64,000 bases of DNA, from NCBI GenBank assembly GCA_905178155.1, contig CAJINV010000014.1, forward strand, positions 840,116 to 904,115, read 5' to 3'. How positions within the stretch are numbered: the stretch's first letter is position 1; each line of letters starts with the position of its first letter. Shown in pieces: positions 61,659 to 64,000 of the stretch. This DNA is from Amoebophrya sp. A120. Its lineage: Eukaryota; Protista; Dinoflagellata. The translations under genes were made by a program, and so were the position numbers. The notes below the pieces were generated by a model, which was not told where the DNA came from, did no database searches, and was given only the letters and a program-made list of their open reading frames with translations.

Positions 61659-63437
61659 CTACTTCCGCAGCACGAGCCGCCTGCCCAGATCCACCAAACG
61701 CTTCCCGTACAGCCGCAGCATGGGCCGGACCGTCCCCCGAAAGCTCAGGTCCATGTACGTCAATTGGGTCAGGAAAGCGGTATGAAGGGAACAAATCTTT
61801 TTGGTGGAGTCAGGCCAACTGCTACTTCTTGGCATCTTCATAATTTAGTAGTAAGTATTTCGATTTTGCTGCGTTTCAAATTCGTCAGCGACTTCAACTA
61901 AAATACAAACTCCTTTACCTTGACTACCTGGAATCTGAGCAGTGCAGTCTGAGATCATCGTATCTCTCGTTCTCAACGCATCCTTGAATTTTTTGTAGCA
62001 CAATGCAATGCACGGGAAAAATGCACCACCGAGATGATCTATCATGCTTCAACATACCAGGCAAACTCCAAAATCGCCCGACCACGACTCCCAAATTTCC
62101 TTCAACCGGATAAATCACGCTCAGGAAGCACTGCGCCAGTCCGTAGCCCACCTCGAACAACCAGACCGAGTAAAACGAGACCAGCATCGGCGCGCCCATG
62201 AGGTTATGAAAGTAGAGAAAACAGCAAGCACTGCCTGTCACCTCGCTCCTGCGTGTCTCATTTTTTCATACAGGAAATCGGGAAAGCGATCCACAAGAAA
62301 AAGAATCTGGGCGCTTCTTGCAACCAAATAACATTAAGCAAAGTACTAGCTGCAGATGGTGCACAACATGCTCGTTGGCGCACTAGAACTACACGAACGG
62401 GAGCTACGCAAGCCTGTTTTCCCCTCATACAGGAAGAAGAGAAACTTCACCACGTAGCCCATCTGAGTTCATAATTTTTGTTTTCGACGTTTTTCATCGT
62501 GTGCAATTGATCATAAATCTTTGTCGTGCGCAGCAAAATCACCAAGTAAAGAAAAATGTTCCGAAATAGTAAAACCACATGTAGTTATGTACCACGAAGA
62601 ACAGCGCTACGGGACGGAAGGTGTAAGCGGTGTTGCGGATGTATCAAATGCAAAAATGTCTGGGTCTGGAAGAGTCATGCTGTTTTTGCATGACACAGCA
62701 GGTCTGGCATGGAAGCTCTAGCATCACAGGTTTCGCGAAGCTTCCGCAATGCCTAATCCGCATGACAGATCCCCCATTTTGGGGACAGAAAGTGGGCAGC
62801 TTTTGCTACCTATGCATGAGAGATTTTTCTGTGTTTTGAAATGCGCATCACAAGTTTGTCTTCTTCCAGATCCAGACATTTTTGCATTTGATAGGATGAC
62901 GCCCACGGCAATTTCCTTCCACGCGGTCAGCACCCACAGCATCGAGAACTCAAAAATCAGCCCCTTTTCACCAATCGTCTGGAGTAAGCTGGATTTGCAG
63001 CTTTCCTCGACTACTTTATTGCGGTTATTTGTTCCAGCGTGTGGGTCTGCTGCAACTATACCAGTTTCCGTATTCACAGCTCTACTGCTGCTCCCCGCCG
63101 GCGCGGCCAAAGCTTGGATGCTGTTTTGTTGAAAGTTCGTTGCCCGGCCACTTTCCTCCCCGCCAGAGACTTTCGTGGTCGAGAGGTTCTTGGTCGAGAA
63201 GCACCGAGCATTCGTTCGCGAGGAAACGAAGTGCTGCAGCAGCCGCGTCTGCCGGTGCAGGAAGCTGGTCGTCGCGTTCTGGTTGGTGGACACGAGGGAA
63301 GAACCGATTGAGGACAAACTGCTCGCATTTCTTTTCAGCGTCGTTGCGGCACAACTTTTCGTGGGAGAAAACCGCGGCGCCAGCATGCGGCCCTGCTGCA
63401 AACACCGGGAGGCCGTAGCCGACAGAGGCTGAAGCAT
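61659..63437 (-). CDS. Hypothetical mitochondrial multi-pass membrane protein, multi-exon; 3' end uncertain
   Basis: Ser/Arg/Thr-rich N-terminus lacking acidic residues, with an RCFST cleavage-like motif; hydrophobic exons at about 62590-62960, 62420-62460 and 62100-62230. Confidence 0.55.
62642..62893. mobile_element. Introner family A, 252 bp, reverse orientation relative to 1231-1482
   Basis: TIR; direct repeat GGATG. Confidence 0.93.
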
Positions 63438-64000
63438 CTTTTTGTACGTAGTTCCAAACAGTGCGACAGGATGAGAGTCAATTAAGCAGTAGTTCCAGGT
63501 GACTGAATGAGTTCGCTGTCCACACAACTGCAGCCACCCTGGAGGTTGTAAAACTACCACTTATGAGTCCGGCAAGAGGCCGCTCGGGACGAGATTTTCC
63601 TCTGTCGCAGTGACCACGTTTAATAGATACGGATTCTAGCTGCACACGACAGGTGAGCGTCGTGCCAAGAAAAACCACGTCTTTCTTGAGCGTCGATGCG
63701 ACGGACTTTGTTTCACTCAAGAAAAGGGAAGACGAGACAAAAAAAACCAAAGAAACGACAACCATCGGCACTACTATGTACCACACGTCTGCAGCTGCAC
63801 CGGGTGATGAAGTAAGATGTCTAGAAAAAGACGCAAAACTAAAAGCAACTTTCACGGCAGCTGCCCCGCCAGTAGATGACGAGGCGGACAAGATATTTAT
63901 TGAACAGCAGACAACCTGCAGAGGCAAACCATATGCAGCAAAAACAAAAAGTTGTCACTGCCATCATGCCTTCAAATCTCATTGCTGGTCGAGGGGAAAA

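Noticed and set aside
1151-63132. Recurrent small ORFs (MPNPHDKSP..., KMSGSGR, PDPDIF, FQTQTFLHLI) as a peptide family
   Set aside because: These are translations of introner TIRs and interiors, appearing in varying frames and strands.
1-64000. Dinoflagellate spliced-leader relics, tRNA or rRNA genes
   Set aside because: No CCGTAGCCATTTTGGCTCAAG match or cloverleaf/rRNA signature noticed by eye; not an exhaustive search.
1-64000. Genome-wide stop-codon reassignment
   Set aside because: Conserved exons of LC8, ACSBG and ATP gamma have no internal stops and end at TAA/TAG.

Overview
Eukaryotic (protist) nuclear DNA. The architecture closely matches the parasitic syndinian dinoflagellate Amoebophrya; this is an inference from intron type and gene arrangement, not a database match. 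Every gene I could reconstruct lies on the minus strand. Recognisable genes: dynein light chain LC8, a bubblegum-type long-chain acyl-CoA synthetase, mitochondrial ATP synthase gamma, and a probable EF-hand/metacaspase-like protein. There is also a ~16 kb gene for a giant repetitive EF-hand membrane protein and several hypotheticals. The dominant feature is roughly 35 short (about 150-325 bp) MITE-like introner elements in at least 7 terminal-inverted-repeat families. Most start TAT, end ATA and are flanked by a 5-nt direct repeat. Removing element plus one repeat restores reading frames, usually without GT-AG. The families share an internal dyad (TGTSATGC-N6-8-GCATSACA), and two families occur in both orientations relative to the host transcript. 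One introner carries a 4.2-kb 5'-truncated non-LTR retrotransposon with an unusual RT. An ATP-gamma intron carries an unexplained 1-kb direct-repeat/hairpin element. Multi-exon CDS coordinates give the gene span; exon structures were read by eye and are partly uncertain.
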